From positions 87,236,001-87,300,000 of the forward strand of contig NC_087436.1 of assembly GCF_036321535.1 (NCBI RefSeq): a stretch of 64,000 nt of DNA, read 5' to 3'. Within the stretch, counting starts at the first letter, position 1. The number at the start of each line of letters is the position of its first letter. Below the pieces are notes generated by a model. That model was not told where the DNA came from, ran no database searches, and was given only the letters and a program-made list of their open reading frames with translations. Origin of the DNA: Camelus dromedarius. Its lineage: Eukaryota. The translations under genes and the position numbers were made by a program. Of this stretch, positions 1-11,859 are shown one piece after another.

Positions 1-540
1 TTCATCCATAACCATGTGTCCTCTGTTATCTTATATATTAATTACTCTTAGATTTACCTCCAGTCCAGACCTCTCTTCTGAGCACCAGACTGGTACCTGA
101 TGTAACTCTGCAGGTGTTTCATGGTTATCACTGACTCAGCACCTCTGAAACCAAGCACACTTCCTCCCAACCACCTACACCTACACCTTCTCCGTCAGCA
201 TTCCCTAGCGTAGACAATGACATTCCCTTTCACTCTGGTCAGAAACTTGAGATTCATCATTGACTCAGCCTTGTCCCTCATCCCAGTCAATCACCAAATT
301 CAGCTACCTACATCCAAAAAAGTCTACAATCTGTCTACTTCTCCCTTTTCCACTGCTACTCTGTACCTATTCCTGGGATACTGACAACTCTGCGACTCTC
401 TCTCCACAGATTTCTAACTGGCCTCCCCTAGACAGCAGCCAGCTGGAGTAATCTTTCAGTGAATCAAAGTGTATTAGCAAATAAAATCTAATCATGTTCC
501 AACCTAGCTGAAAAGTCCTTCAATGGCATTTCAATTGACA
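1..540. mobile_element. L2 fragment
   Basis: ctccagtccagacctctcttctgagcaccagac...cagaaacttgagattcatcattgactc...ccttcaatggc. Confidence 0.65.
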
Positions 541-1904
541 CTTCAAAATATGCCAAATGTTCCGAAGACTTAGGGAATTCTAACCACCCATAAATGCACT
601 CATGATTTTCGATGCTGTTTCCTTACAGCAGGAACTCACTCCAAAATCAGCTTATCCTTATTTTATACTAACTGCATGCAGAAAGGGGTGAAGACATTCA
701 TAAACAATGCCAACGAACACCGCATTAGAAATGGAGCTGGGCAAGGGCTGTGACTGCCTTCTTTTATCCTAGGGTCACCAGTGCCTCACACAGCATCTGG
801 CATTTATTAAAGTATGTCTTTAATAAATATTTGTTCGACACAAGATGAAAAAGGAAAAAAGGCTGTCATAAAGTTCCTCACGAACTGAAATATAATCCTC
901 AGAAACCAGTCTGATTTTAAACTTCCACCTACATCCAGGAAAGTGTTTTTCCCCCCAGACAGTCAAATGTTTACTAGCATTTGCATCTCAAATGAGCTGC
1001 AGTAACCTATTTGGCAATGAGGATAAAAGGAAAGGAATGAATGTGCCAGGCACAGTGCCTGAGGCCGGATGAGATTTTTTAAATGCCCAAGACAAGGTTC
1101 CTTCCCTTCAGAAGCTTCTGGGATACTCGGAGAGAGGCAATTAACCAAATATTTAATATTTGGTTTCTTGGCTGCTCTTACAGACAAGGCACTGTCTTTC
1201 TTAGGTGTAAAATGGTGAGCAAAAACAGACCTCTGTCTCATTTTACATCTAATGAAGGGCTGGGGAACAGACATTAATCAAACAATCACATGCACAATAA
1301 TAATAGCAGCGATCACTTTGGTGGTGGTTAGCATGTGCTAGGCATATTTTTAGCACTCTACGTAAACTAACACCATCACAATCTGTGAGGGGGCCTCATC
1401 TTCATTTTATAGATACAGAAACTTTGGCACAGAGAAGTGAAGGCACTACCCAAGATGATACAGCTAGCCCAGACAGTCTGGATGCAGGATTCATTTTTTA
1501 ACCACCCCTCTACTACCTCCATGCTGTGTGCTGTACGTACGGCATAGCCATATTTACAAATATAAGGTCCACAAAGGGAAGATCCATGGTGCTGTAAGAA
1601 TATATGATAAAGGCATCCCATCTTGTCTCAGGTCATCTGAAGGCTGAGCGGTGTTAACTAAGCAAAGAGGGGAAGCAGGAGGGGTGCCAACACAAAACTG
1701 GTAACAACAGAAGGGCTAGAAAGGAACCACCTGGATACATATCATTAGTGGTGGTGGGAAGCAATCTTGGAAGGCAACATGGAGAAGGCCGATCTGGAGA
1801 AGGAAGACCTAGAAAGATCTGTTTAGCGGGTAGAGAAGAGAGCAAAAGAAAACATCATGAATTCAGAATGAATTAATGAATTTGGGGCACAGGGAGACAA
1901 TGGT

Positions 1905-2270
1905 GTATTAGAATTGTTTCAGTTGTGAGTAGCAGACACCCAATTTGAACTGCCAAAGAAAACAAGGACTTTACCACCTCGAGTTGCTGAAGAGTCCAGG
2001 ATACAGATCTGGCGGCAACAGGATAAATGACGTTGTTAGGATCTTTTTTACATTTCTTAGCTTCATTTTTCTTCATTCTCAGGCAGTGGAAAGATGGCAG
2101 CTCTACATTTTGTCACATCGGCTCAACTCAAGAAGAGGGGTGCTTCTTTCCCGGAAGACCCAGAGCTGACTCTTATTGGCTCAGCTTATATTACATCTTC
2201 CTGGCTGAACCAATCACCGTGGCTGGGCCATGACGTTCTCTCATTGGCCAGGCCTGGATCATGTGCCTCC
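1905..2270. mobile_element. Old MLT1 (J/K-like) LTR remnant
   Basis: tcagttgtgagtagcagacaccca...ctgaaccaatcaccgtggc...tcattggccaggcctggatcatgtgcc. Confidence 0.55.
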
Positions 2271-3232
2271 ATCTGTTTAGTGCTAGCCTATGTTCCGTCT
2301 TTCCATTTGCTTACTTTTCCCAGTTCTAACTCTATACCTTCATACCAGCTGGCCCCTATATGCGAAACACTTTTCCTCAAAGTTCTTTCACTAGCTTGTC
2401 AACATTTTCATCATTTTACCTCTTATTAACTCCAAACAATGTTTCCTCCCTGAACAAGGCTGGGGTTACAATTATTCTTCTTTAACTGATGCCTTTCCAA
2501 TTTAGACCTATGAATACCAACCTTGTAGTAGTGTAAAAATGTATTTAATTATTCATTGAGTCTGACAAGAGCTGCTGTGTTCAATTGATTTGTTGTGTGT
2601 GTAATTCACTGCCTGAGTTTCAATCTGGATGTCTGTCTATATCGAACACTTCAGTTTTAGGCCACAGGCTGTTAACAGGCATGCAAAGGATCCGTTTAAC
2701 TTGCTGACAAAGCACTCAGTAGTCAGATGATATTCAATGTTCATTGTGTCAATGGTGTTTTCAATCCTGTGGACTTTGTGATTCATCGTGCCAATGTTGG
2801 CAGAAATACTGAACTCTATTATGGTATACAATTTCCACACCATTTAAGGCTTTGGATTAAGCCTTTTACAGGGGAATGTCTGTGAAACTGAGTCCCAAGG
2901 TCTCAGTTCTAGCTTTGAGGTTGCTCCTGAACTTGTTTTGTGGCTTTCCTCAAGTCTATACACCTTCCTAGGTATCAGTTACCCAACTGGTCATAGGTTG
3001 GGTGTTTTGCTTGTCTTCTTTCCCAAGGTGCTCAGCTAGGTTAGCACACTGGCTTCATTTGTAACATGTGGGTAACACAACTGAGGTAGGATACTTGATA
3101 CCCTAAGCCTCATTTTACTAATTGACAAAAGGTGATTATAATAGCATTGATTACCTGATGGTCACGGTGGTGCTGAAGATCATGGAAGTAAAGAACATCA
3201 TGACTGACACTGGTAAGAAATCAAAGTGAGCT

Positions 3233-3272
3233 ATCATCATCATCATCATCATCATCGTCATTGTCATCATCA
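3233..3272. repeat. (CAT)n microsatellite
   Basis: Direct reading. Confidence 0.9.
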
Positions 3273-4776
3273 GGATCTGCTGGAAATAAGACGTAGGTGG
3301 AATGACTTAATATAAGCAGGAATTTACTCCTTAAATCCACTGAAATACACAATCAAGATGACCCCAACGAAACTTTAGTCGTTTAGCCGTTTTCACCCCA
3401 GGTCCTAGGGATACTAGCAATCAGCGGTTCTCAAACCTTAGGTGCATAACACCAAATAAGTAACGGAGGACAGGAAGCGGGCTAAAAGCTATCTTCAATT
3501 AGATTAATTTCTCCTCTAATTCAATTGTAAAATATTTTGGTTTAAGAATTATCACGCCTTTCACCTGTACAACTTCTCCGTTGAAAGCACTGAATTGCAA
3601 CCTTGCATGAAAATTGTTTCACACCTTTAGAAATGGGCTCCTCCACTTCATAGGAACAGATCTGCTAAGTGGTGTAGACTTGAGCTTTGAGTCAGAAACC
3701 ACGTTTTTTGTTTTTTGGTTTTTGGTTTTTTTTGCAGAAAATGTGTATAAGCCAATACAAGGACCCTTCTCAAAACCTAGAGAAGGTGGATGTCCCTGAG
3801 AGAGGTATGTTTTTCTTGAAGATAGGGGGTAGTTTGGTTTCCGTCCTTTGCAGATTCATATCGCTCCCTGGACCGTCCCTAGTCCTTGCCCAGAACCGAG
3901 ACTTCTCCTTTGTACCTGCTAATGTCACAAATTGTCCGAACGCGCCGTGGCTGGCCTCCGCCCAGACCCGGATTCCTGTCCCCTCCTGGCGCCCTGGACC
4001 AGGCATCAGGCCCGCTGCTGGCGAGGGCTCTCTACACGCCCGTGTCCTGACCCCGTTTACTTCTTGGGTCCCCGCCGGTGCCATCTGGCTGGAGCCCCGA
4101 GGAGAAACGAAAAGTTGGACGTTGTCACCCCTGCCCCTTGCCTTCTCCATTCGCTAAAACATAAAAACCCGGGGCTGCTGGGGGACGCGCAGCAGGAAAG
4201 AACAAGTGGAGACAGAAAGCGGCCCCTTGTCCCTGGCGGCCTCTCCGCGGCGACGTGCCCGGTTGCCCAGCCCGCTGGCGGCCAGAAGTACTGCCCCTTC
4301 CGCCGGCCGGCGCCTCACGCGGGCGCTGTCCCTGCTTCCCCCGGGCCGGAGGGCGGAGGAGGCAGCCGGCGGGTCGGGGTCCGCCTGGGGGACCTGCCGC
4401 AGCCGCGCGAGCGAGGGCCTGGCCGCGCATTCCAGCCAGAGTGAAGCAGGAAATAAAAAGAAAAAAGAAAAAGAAATAAAAAGGCCGACCCGGAGTGGCG
4501 GGCGGACGGGCGGACGAGGGAGGAGGAGCCGCAGGGGCCCGGGCCGGGTCGGGGCCGGGCGCACGGCGGGAGCGCTCGGGGCGCGGGTTGCACGCGGCGC
4601 TCGGGCCGCCCCTCCTCCCGGCGCCGCCGGCCGCGGCCCAGGCTCCCCCGCTCCGCCACTCCCCGCCCCTCCGCTCTCCCTCCCGCCTCCCGCCTTCCCC
4701 GCCCTCCCCACCTCCTCTCCTCCCTCCCGGCCTCCCTCTCCCAGCCAAACTGAAAGCCGGACCCCAGGCCGCCTCC

Positions 4777-4798
4777 CCGCCGCCGCCGCCGCCGCCGC
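4777..4798 (+). repeat. (CCG)7 trinucleotide repeat in 5'UTR region
   Basis: Direct reading of the sequence. Confidence 0.9.
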
Positions 4799-4825
4799 GC
4801 CCGGCCTCCCCGCGAGCGCTCCACT

Positions 4826-4852
4826 ATGGCTGGTCCTGTTTTCACCTTATAA
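4826..4852 (+). other. uORF1 (MAGPVFTL*) in putative 5'UTR
   Basis: actATGg strong Kozak; TAA at 4850-4852; requires a TSS upstream of 4826. Confidence 0.55.
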
Positions 4853-4854
4853 AG

Positions 4855-4884
4855 ATGGCGGTGCGGGATCGCTGTAACCTTTAG
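4855..4884 (+). other. uORF2 (MAVRDRCNL*) in putative 5'UTR
   Basis: aagATGg strong Kozak; TAG at 4882-4884, 4 nt before the main ATG. Confidence 0.6.
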
Positions 4885-4888
4885 ACTA

Positions 4889-4924
4889 ATGACTGTCCGA
4901 AACATCGCCTCCATCTGTAATATG
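4889..4924 (+). CDS. USP46: USP46 coding exon 1 (MTVRNIASICNM)
   Basis: Translation matches the recognised USP46 N-terminus; donor gtgagt at 4925; 36 nt, phase 0. Confidence 0.95.
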
Positions 4925-6645
4925 GTGAGTGGCCGCCGCCGCCTCGGGGGTCGCGCCCCAGCCGCGGCGAGGCGAAGAAAGGGAAACCCGATCCGCACGC
5001 CCGCCTGGGCTGGGGGAGTGTGGGGGCGAGGGGGCGGCGGGGCCGCGAGAAGTTCCGGGCCCCTGGGCTGGGCGGGCTGGTCGCGGCCCCGGGAGCGGCC
5101 GAGGGAGGGGCCCGGAGCCCCCCGCCTCCCTCTCGGCCCCGGGACCGAGGAGCCTGCCCTCCGGTCCCCGGGCCGCGCCGCTGCGCTTCCGCCCTCAGGT
5201 TGCGGTGGAAGCGTCTTGGGGGGAGGGGGCAGGCCGAACCCGGACGTCCCGGGGGACCAGGTTGGAGGAGAAGCTGGGGGTGGAGGGGCACCCATCCTGT
5301 CCTTGCGGTGGATAAAGCCCTGCCGGACTCCCTGGCTGCCGTCATCTCATTTTGAGTTCACTCTTTAAACTGCATTTAAAATTCACTTTGCAGAGCAATC
5401 GGTGTATATGGAGAAATTTGAAATGTGATAAAGCTGTTAAAAAAAAAAGTGCTAAATTGTGGTTAGGGAAGTGAACTTCTGCCTGGTTTGAGAAAGCATG
5501 GCCATTTGCTTTGGATGCCTCAGTTTTCCCATCTGTGAAAGGGGGACAAGGTTATCTGGCAGTAACATTTAGAGGCCCTAGGGGTGGGGCCGTTTGCGGG
5601 CTAGGAGGATATCTCCAGGGTTATCCTGCCTGATTCACTGTAGACCCTGCGCGGGCTGCTGGGCGTGGACCCAGCAAGGGGACATCGCTGCGCTCCAATG
5701 AAGACTGGGTTCATGACGTGGTGGTCACTTTAACTCGGGTTTTCTCCCATTGCTTTCCCTTCCTTTTCAGTTTCTGCAGGAACAGCTTCCAGCCCTGGTC
5801 ACCCTGCTGGCACCCCCCACTCGTCAGAGCTTTGGGGAGCATAGCTTGCACCCTGGAGTAAGGAGGCATTGCCCTCCTGTGCAGGATGAGCGTGTGCTTT
5901 GCGTTGGCTCTCCGGGGTCTCCCCACCGTCGTCTCCCCTCCCCACAGCTGGATGGAACACATGCTCTTTTAATGCCAGTTTGGGGAGAACCTCCCTTGAA
6001 ACTAATAATACACACCCCTAAAGGGAATCTGAGGAGGCTTGATTGAGAAGCCTGGGAGTAAGGTGATCTGGCTGCCCTCCTCCCATCACACAGCTTTTAA
6101 ATTCTTCTGTCCCACATTCTGTTGCAAGATTAACACACGGCAAAGGAGCATTAAGGAGCCATGTGTTCGCTCAGGGGTGGAATCAAGACCCACTGGTGCT
6201 GGCTTCAGTTTTCAGCGCTGTTGGATGTAGCTACTGCTGCGATCGGCAGAGCAAATGCTGGGCCTTCCCAGGGCGATCGCTGCAAAGGTACTGGCGCAGG
6301 ACCAGTTAGATGTGGTGGGTGACTCCTGGCGTGTTGCCATTTCCTCCCTTCCTTCTCCACGCAGAGACAGGTCTCCTGCTTCTGCCTGTCGAGTGGCATT
6401 AATGTTGCTTGGTGCAGTGAAAAGGTGATACCTTTCTTCTCGGTTTCTGTGTCGCTAAGACCAGCTCCTGAGGGGAACTGTGAAACCAGAGCAGCTCTTT
6501 CGTGCCTGCTGGGGTGGCCTCAGGCTTACAGGGTGGAGAAGCCATTGGTGGTGTTCCCGTCCTGCTTGTGTGTGGTGACCCCTCTCTGTACTGAAGCAGG
6601 CTGGAAACTTGAGAGCTAGCATGTCCCAAGACAGAGCCAGCCTCC

Positions 6646-6648
<3 letters not shown>

Positions 6649-6683
<35 letters not shown>
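6649..6683. repeat. Poly(T) run of about 35 nt
   Basis: Direct reading. Confidence 0.9.
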
Positions 6684-6685
<2 letters not shown>

Positions 6686-7249
6686 CCTCAGTGCAGCTGG
6701 GGCTTCTTGGCACACCTGAGCAGAATGTCACAACCTGTTTCCAGTAAAACTCAGCCAGGGAGGCGAGCTGCAGGGAGAACATGAGAGGAGCGGGCCAATA
6801 CTGTATCTGGAGAGTTGACACCTCATGTGGATTCCCTAAAAAGTCACCAAATTTAGGATCATCACCCTGGTGAGGTGAGGAACTGATAATTCTTAAGTAG
6901 GGAGTTTTACCTTTCTCTGTGGACCCTGTGTCTGGAGTAAGTGATGAAGAATTTGGGCTCGTAAGTCAGATTTCCTGGATTCAATGTCCTGTTTCTAACA
7001 CAACTAGCTTTTTGTCCTTGAACAAGTTGCTCTCTCTCTAACTTACCTAAAAATGAGGTTGATAATGGTTCCTACCTCATGAGACTGTGGTATTAAATGT
7101 TACTGAGCCTTGTCGGTAGCAAGTACTTGTTGAGTGTCAGCTGTTATCAGCACATCTTTCTCATTATTGTGTCAGTTGCTTAAAAAACAGTGGTGATAAT
7201 GTCTGCTTGGACCTGATGGAAGCAGTCACTCATATAAACCCACATGTTC

Positions 7250-7354
7250 ATTTATGCAAACCAAGGTGACTGCAGTATACAAAGGCTGAGGTGGGAATCC
7301 TTAACCCCACCCCTTATAAAAGGCTGCTCAGGTCATCCTGGTCCCTCCCAGTCT
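7250..7354 (+). promoter_or_regulatory. USP46: Putative alternative TATA promoter of USP46
   Basis: TATAAAAG 7315-7322, adjacent CACCC box 7305-7313, octamer-like TATGCAAA near 7253-7260, Inr-like CCAGTCT 7348-7354, followed by an in-frame ATG and a splice donor. Confidence 0.55.
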
Positions 7355-7452
7355 GACTTCCTGCAGAGGAGGCTCGGTGATGAGGAGACTGCTGTCTTTT
7401 CACTTGATCAGAGATACATTTTCATTGGTTTCCTCTTTAGATTTTTCACTCG

Positions 7453-7470
7453 ATGATGAATTGTTTCCAG
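7453..7470 (+). CDS. USP46: USP46 alternative first coding exon (M)MNCFQ
   Basis: ATG ATG AAT TGT TTC CAG|gtaggt; phase 0, joins exon 2 in frame; matches my recollection of a human USP46 isoform starting MNCFQ. Confidence 0.7.
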
Positions 7471-9234
7471 GTAGGTCTTCTGTGGGTCTCCCTTCACCGT
7501 TTAGTTTGTCTTTGGGACTCTTAACTGATCCTTCTCATGCCTGACTCCTTTTGGTCCCAGCTGGTTTGAGTAGTAGTAGTAGGAGCAAGTAGCAATTGCA
7601 TTTTTTTAAGCAGGTCACTTGACATATTTTAAACAGGCTGCTGTGTGTCCAGAGAGAGTGTTAAAAGATATCCTTCTAGGTGAGGCTTGTACAAACCAAG
7701 ACCTAACATTGAGAAGTGGATTTGTTTAGTCCAGCAGGCAAGAAAGGACCCAGCAAAGCAGGAAAAAACCTTGTAGCAAATCCTTAGTGTGATTGAGAAA
7801 TAAAACCTTTTCTTTCCCCCACACTTCTTGTGCCAGTTTTAGACATAGGGGTCTTGGAAAACATTCACATCCCTCCACTTGTCTCCTACCTCACTAAAGT
7901 TTTATTGTCCATTGGCAGTTTAATGCGAGTTCCCATTTGTTTTAATTTCAGTTCATGTGAATTCCTGCCATAGTGATTCTTGATCTGCTTTGGGCTTGTC
8001 AGCTTAGCCACACAGTGTATCTGGTTCAGAGATAGTAAAGCTTGTTTGGCTGGTGTGTTGTAATTTTAAAAATGTACTAGCTGCCTGCTACCAAGCATGA
8101 GAAAATGTTCCTTGTTGATAATCCTCTGACTTTTGTCCAGACTAATGGACTTAACTTACTACATATTTTTAATGGCCCTACAAATGGAAGGTTTTTTGGG
8201 GGTAAATTTAATGCTTGAAGAGCCTTGGAATTTTCTAAAGAGGAAGCATTTGTTAGGAGAAATCAAATGTGCCTTCTAGAAATGTGACTTGTACTGATGC
8301 AACATGGCCTAAATCATCAAATCTTAATTTCATTTGTTAATACTGCTGTAAGATGTGCCATGGAAGAAATGCCATGTGTCAAATAGCTTACATTTTTGTT
8401 CTCAGAAATGACTATCTGTTGAGGACATCCATGTTAGTGGTGCTTAACTGAATGAGATGAGTCCCTATTCCCAAGGAGCTCAGTGGTTTCTTATCTTGTG
8501 GGCATATAACATTGGTGAAGATGAAATAATTTCAATACAGTGTGATATCCACATGGATAAAGGTTGAACAAAATCTCAGAAGCAGTATAGTAGAAAGACT
8601 GATGAACACAGTAGGGCCTTTCTTTAATATAATTTACATTTGACCCACAATTGACTGTTTTTTAATTTTATATGAGGACATTATGATAGTCAATGTAATC
8701 TGGAACTGGAATCTGCCTTTCACTGTCTCTCCAGCTAAGCATGAATCTAATGGTGCCTCTGGATAAATTGTTGTATTTCTTGGGCCCTTAGTTTTTCCCT
8801 CAACTTGTAAAGCTGATATATGTATTTTTGGTTGTCAAAAGCGTCTTAGTAGTATTTCTTAGAGTCTTTACTTGAGTACCTAGCTACTTTGTTTAAAATG
8901 GAGCTGTATTTACCAGATATTAGCATTTCAGCATCCAGGATATTATTGGGCACTGTTGTGAGTGCCAGATTTGAATTCTTGTAAGCAGATGAAGTCGCCT
9001 TGGTATGAAGGGAAAGTAAAATTAGTAAAAAATTTGTAGCAAAGCTAGGGGATTTTTATAGTGGTCATTTTATATTGGTAAGTCAATTACTTATTTGAGG
9101 CAAGTATTTTGAGACTAGTTGGAAGAAAATTTTTAATTATTTAAAAATATGTGAATCTCAAAATTTGGGGGAAGAGATAACTTGTCTCTTCCTCATTACT
9201 GTTACTCCTGCTTCCCATTGTCAGAGATAATTGA

Positions 9235-9330
9235 GGGGGGTAGTAATAGCTCAGGGTCCAGTAGAGCGCATGCTTAGCATGCACAAGATCCTGGCTTCTA
9301 TCCCCTGTACCTCCATTAAAAAAAAAAAAA
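9235..9330 (+). mobile_element. tRNA-derived SINE (camelid vic-1-like)
   Basis: TAGCTCAG A-box, GAGCGCATGCTTAGCATGCAC core, degenerate B-box, A-tail, imperfect TSD agataattg/aggtaattg. Confidence 0.85.
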
Positions 9331-10429
9331 GGTAATTGGAGACTGTAAGCTGAGTCTAATGTGTTAGCTCAGAGTGGTTAAAGTCATGTGTGAGCTTCTA
9401 CTCTGATAGTTGTCAGATTTAGAAATTGCAGCTTGAAGTGGGGTGGGTTAATATTTAAAGAAAATTCTGTTCTTCTGGCCTCTCAGATCTAATATGGAGG
9501 AGTTTGTGTTGGGTCAGGACCTGACAATTAGGTCTACAGAGTCTTCTCTGGTTTTTTTGGAATCGTAGGGGAAAACAAAGCTGAATGCCAATATTTAGTT
9601 AGAATTAAAGATTGTGATACCATTTTCTGGATGTCAACTTAATGTGTTCCAGTTCACCCAAACAGTAAAACCTATTTATTTATTTTTCACTAATGTGGAA
9701 TTTTGGTCTGTTTGGGTTGTAATTGAAAGTAATTTTCAGTTTTGATTTTCTTTAGCAATTAAGAGAGAATTCTCTATTTCCCATGTCTTTTCTGCCCTTC
9801 TACCCTGGGCTGTCTAGTTCGTTTGAATGAGTTGAGGTTTTATGATGGTGTTTAGTTCTGTGGTAGCATCAGGAGGGTATCTGTCTCTTGGTGGTTTTAT
9901 CTCTAGCCTCCCCCGGAGTCAGCCCAAAGCAGATTGACTGGAAGAGTTATAAAAGGTGGTGTCTTTTAGTCTAGTTAACTTTTCTGGCATAAATATTTTT
10001 AATGCAACTTCTTATAGTAAACCTTCAGTTGTGGTGAAACTAAATGCTAGGCTAAGGGTTTGAAAGGCCTTGCTGATCTTTAAAGAGAACAGCCACCCCA
10101 AAATGAACAAGGATAAACTTTTCTTAAGGCAGATAAATTCTATATCAGCAACCAACCCTGGCACTAAAGGCTTTTTGGAATGTTTCTGCTCAGGGATTCT
10201 GACTATAATTTTTGCACAAGTCTGCTACCTGGAATTTTACAATTCTGAGAATAACAATTTGCTGTGGAGAGGTCTAAGAGTGTGCGGGAGACCTATTGGT
10301 TCTCTAAGCTCTCCACTCAGAGGTCCAACCTTCCACCTGTCCATCAAGTTCTGATTCCTTTTTCAGAACCCTCAAATGCTTTAAAGTAGCTCAGACTTGG
10401 GGCTTTTTCTAGGTGGTGATCAATGTCAG

Positions 10430-11165
10430 GCATACAAAAAAATAAGGAGACTGATAGGATGAACACCCAGGATCTATCACCCCGTGAAGGAATACAATAT
10501 TACAAATACAAGCAAGCCCTTCCCCATTTCATCCCCCTTCCCTCCAGACAGTGACCACTTTTCTGAATTTGGTGTTTTTCACATGTTTTTATACTTTAAC
10601 TAGATACGTATGTATTCATGAACCAGATATAGTATTGCTTCCTCATGTTTTAAACACGCTCTTGTAATACTGAACCACTGCTTTTCAGTTTGCTTTTGTT
10701 TAAATTATGACTTTGAGATTTATCCATGTAAACACATGTAATTCTAAGTTATTTTAGCTGGTTGTGTAATATTCCATCACATGAGTATGCTACAATTTGT
10801 CTATTCATTTTATCGTTGGGTTTATAGTGTTGCATGCGTGTCGGGACAGTTTTGAACTTGTCTCCCTGTGCATATGTTTAGTTTTTCTCTGTGGTCCATA
10901 CCAAGAGGGGAGATTGCTGGGTCAAACGAAATGGGCATCTTTGACTCTAACATGTTGCTGGATTGCTCTCCAAAGCAGCTGTGCCCGTTTGCCTTCCAGC
11001 CAGCAGCCTTTGGGAGTTCCAGTTACTCCACATGCTTGCAGACACTCAGTACTGTTAGACTTGATACTTTGCCAGTCTGATGGGCATGAGATGGGATCTT
11101 TGTGGTGTAAAATGTGCCATTTCTTGTTTACCAGTGAGGCTGAACATCTTTTCATGTGTTCATTG
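10430..11165 (-). mobile_element. Old L1ME-like 3' fragment
   Basis: ccacttttctgaatttggtg...tttgagatttatccatg...gattgctgggtcaa...agtgaggctgaacatcttttcatgtg. Confidence 0.65.
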
Positions 11166-11859
11166 TGCTAGGTTGTTTTTAATCCAGGGGCTCCGGAGCA
11201 GTTTTCTAAGGCTTGCAAGTCTGGATTGCAGTGTTGGTTTTGTCTGCACAGGGAAACAGATGAAGGGGAGCATCAGGGAGACCAGAGAGAAACTCAAGAA
11301 AGATAAGGATAGAACTGAAGGTAGAAGCTGAGGATATGATAATAAGATGGTGGAAAACTTGCAGCAAAAGGATTATAGACTGGAGTCTAGATGATAGCTT
11401 GAGTATTGAGAGGAAATTTGGGATCTGTTGCTGTGCTAGCCAGGTCTCAGCTCAAGTGACATCACTCCTGCTTTGTTTAATTGAATTTGGCTGTGGTGAG
11501 TATCGTGTCTGGGGCCCCTTCCGGTGAGGACAGTAGCAGGGCTGGACCGGTGGAGTTTTCCTGTTTACCCAGTTGCTTTTTGAAGTTATTTTAAGAAAGG
11601 CAATGCGAAGTTACATTCTTCCTAAAATACATTTCTTTGTCTCTGGGTTAGATATACTATGCGGGAAGCCAGCTTTTATCAGGATCTACTTGAACGTACT
11701 TGTGGAATTACGACCTCAAATATTTAGAAAACATGCCTTGTGCTTTATTTTAATTTTCAGAGTATGACGAATGTCACCTTCTTGAACATAGACACGTATG
11801 GTTTTAAAAATATGATTAACAACAACTTAAAATATGTTATACTTGAGTCATTTCTTTAG

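Larger units (their letters stand above)
3930..5340. promoter_or_regulatory. USP46: CpG island / main promoter of USP46
   Basis: Very GC- and CpG-rich stretch spanning exon 1, with GC boxes (CCCCGCCCC) and a YY1-type motif AAGATGGCGG at 4852-4861. Confidence 0.92.

Noticed and set aside
3932..5368. Many long overlapping ORFs (up to 326 aa) on both strands
   Set aside because: Low-complexity G/P/A/R translations expected from stop-poor CpG-island DNA; only 4889-4924 matches a known protein
6399..6821. Poly-lysine ORFs on the minus strand
   Set aside because: Artefact of the poly(T) run at 6649-6683
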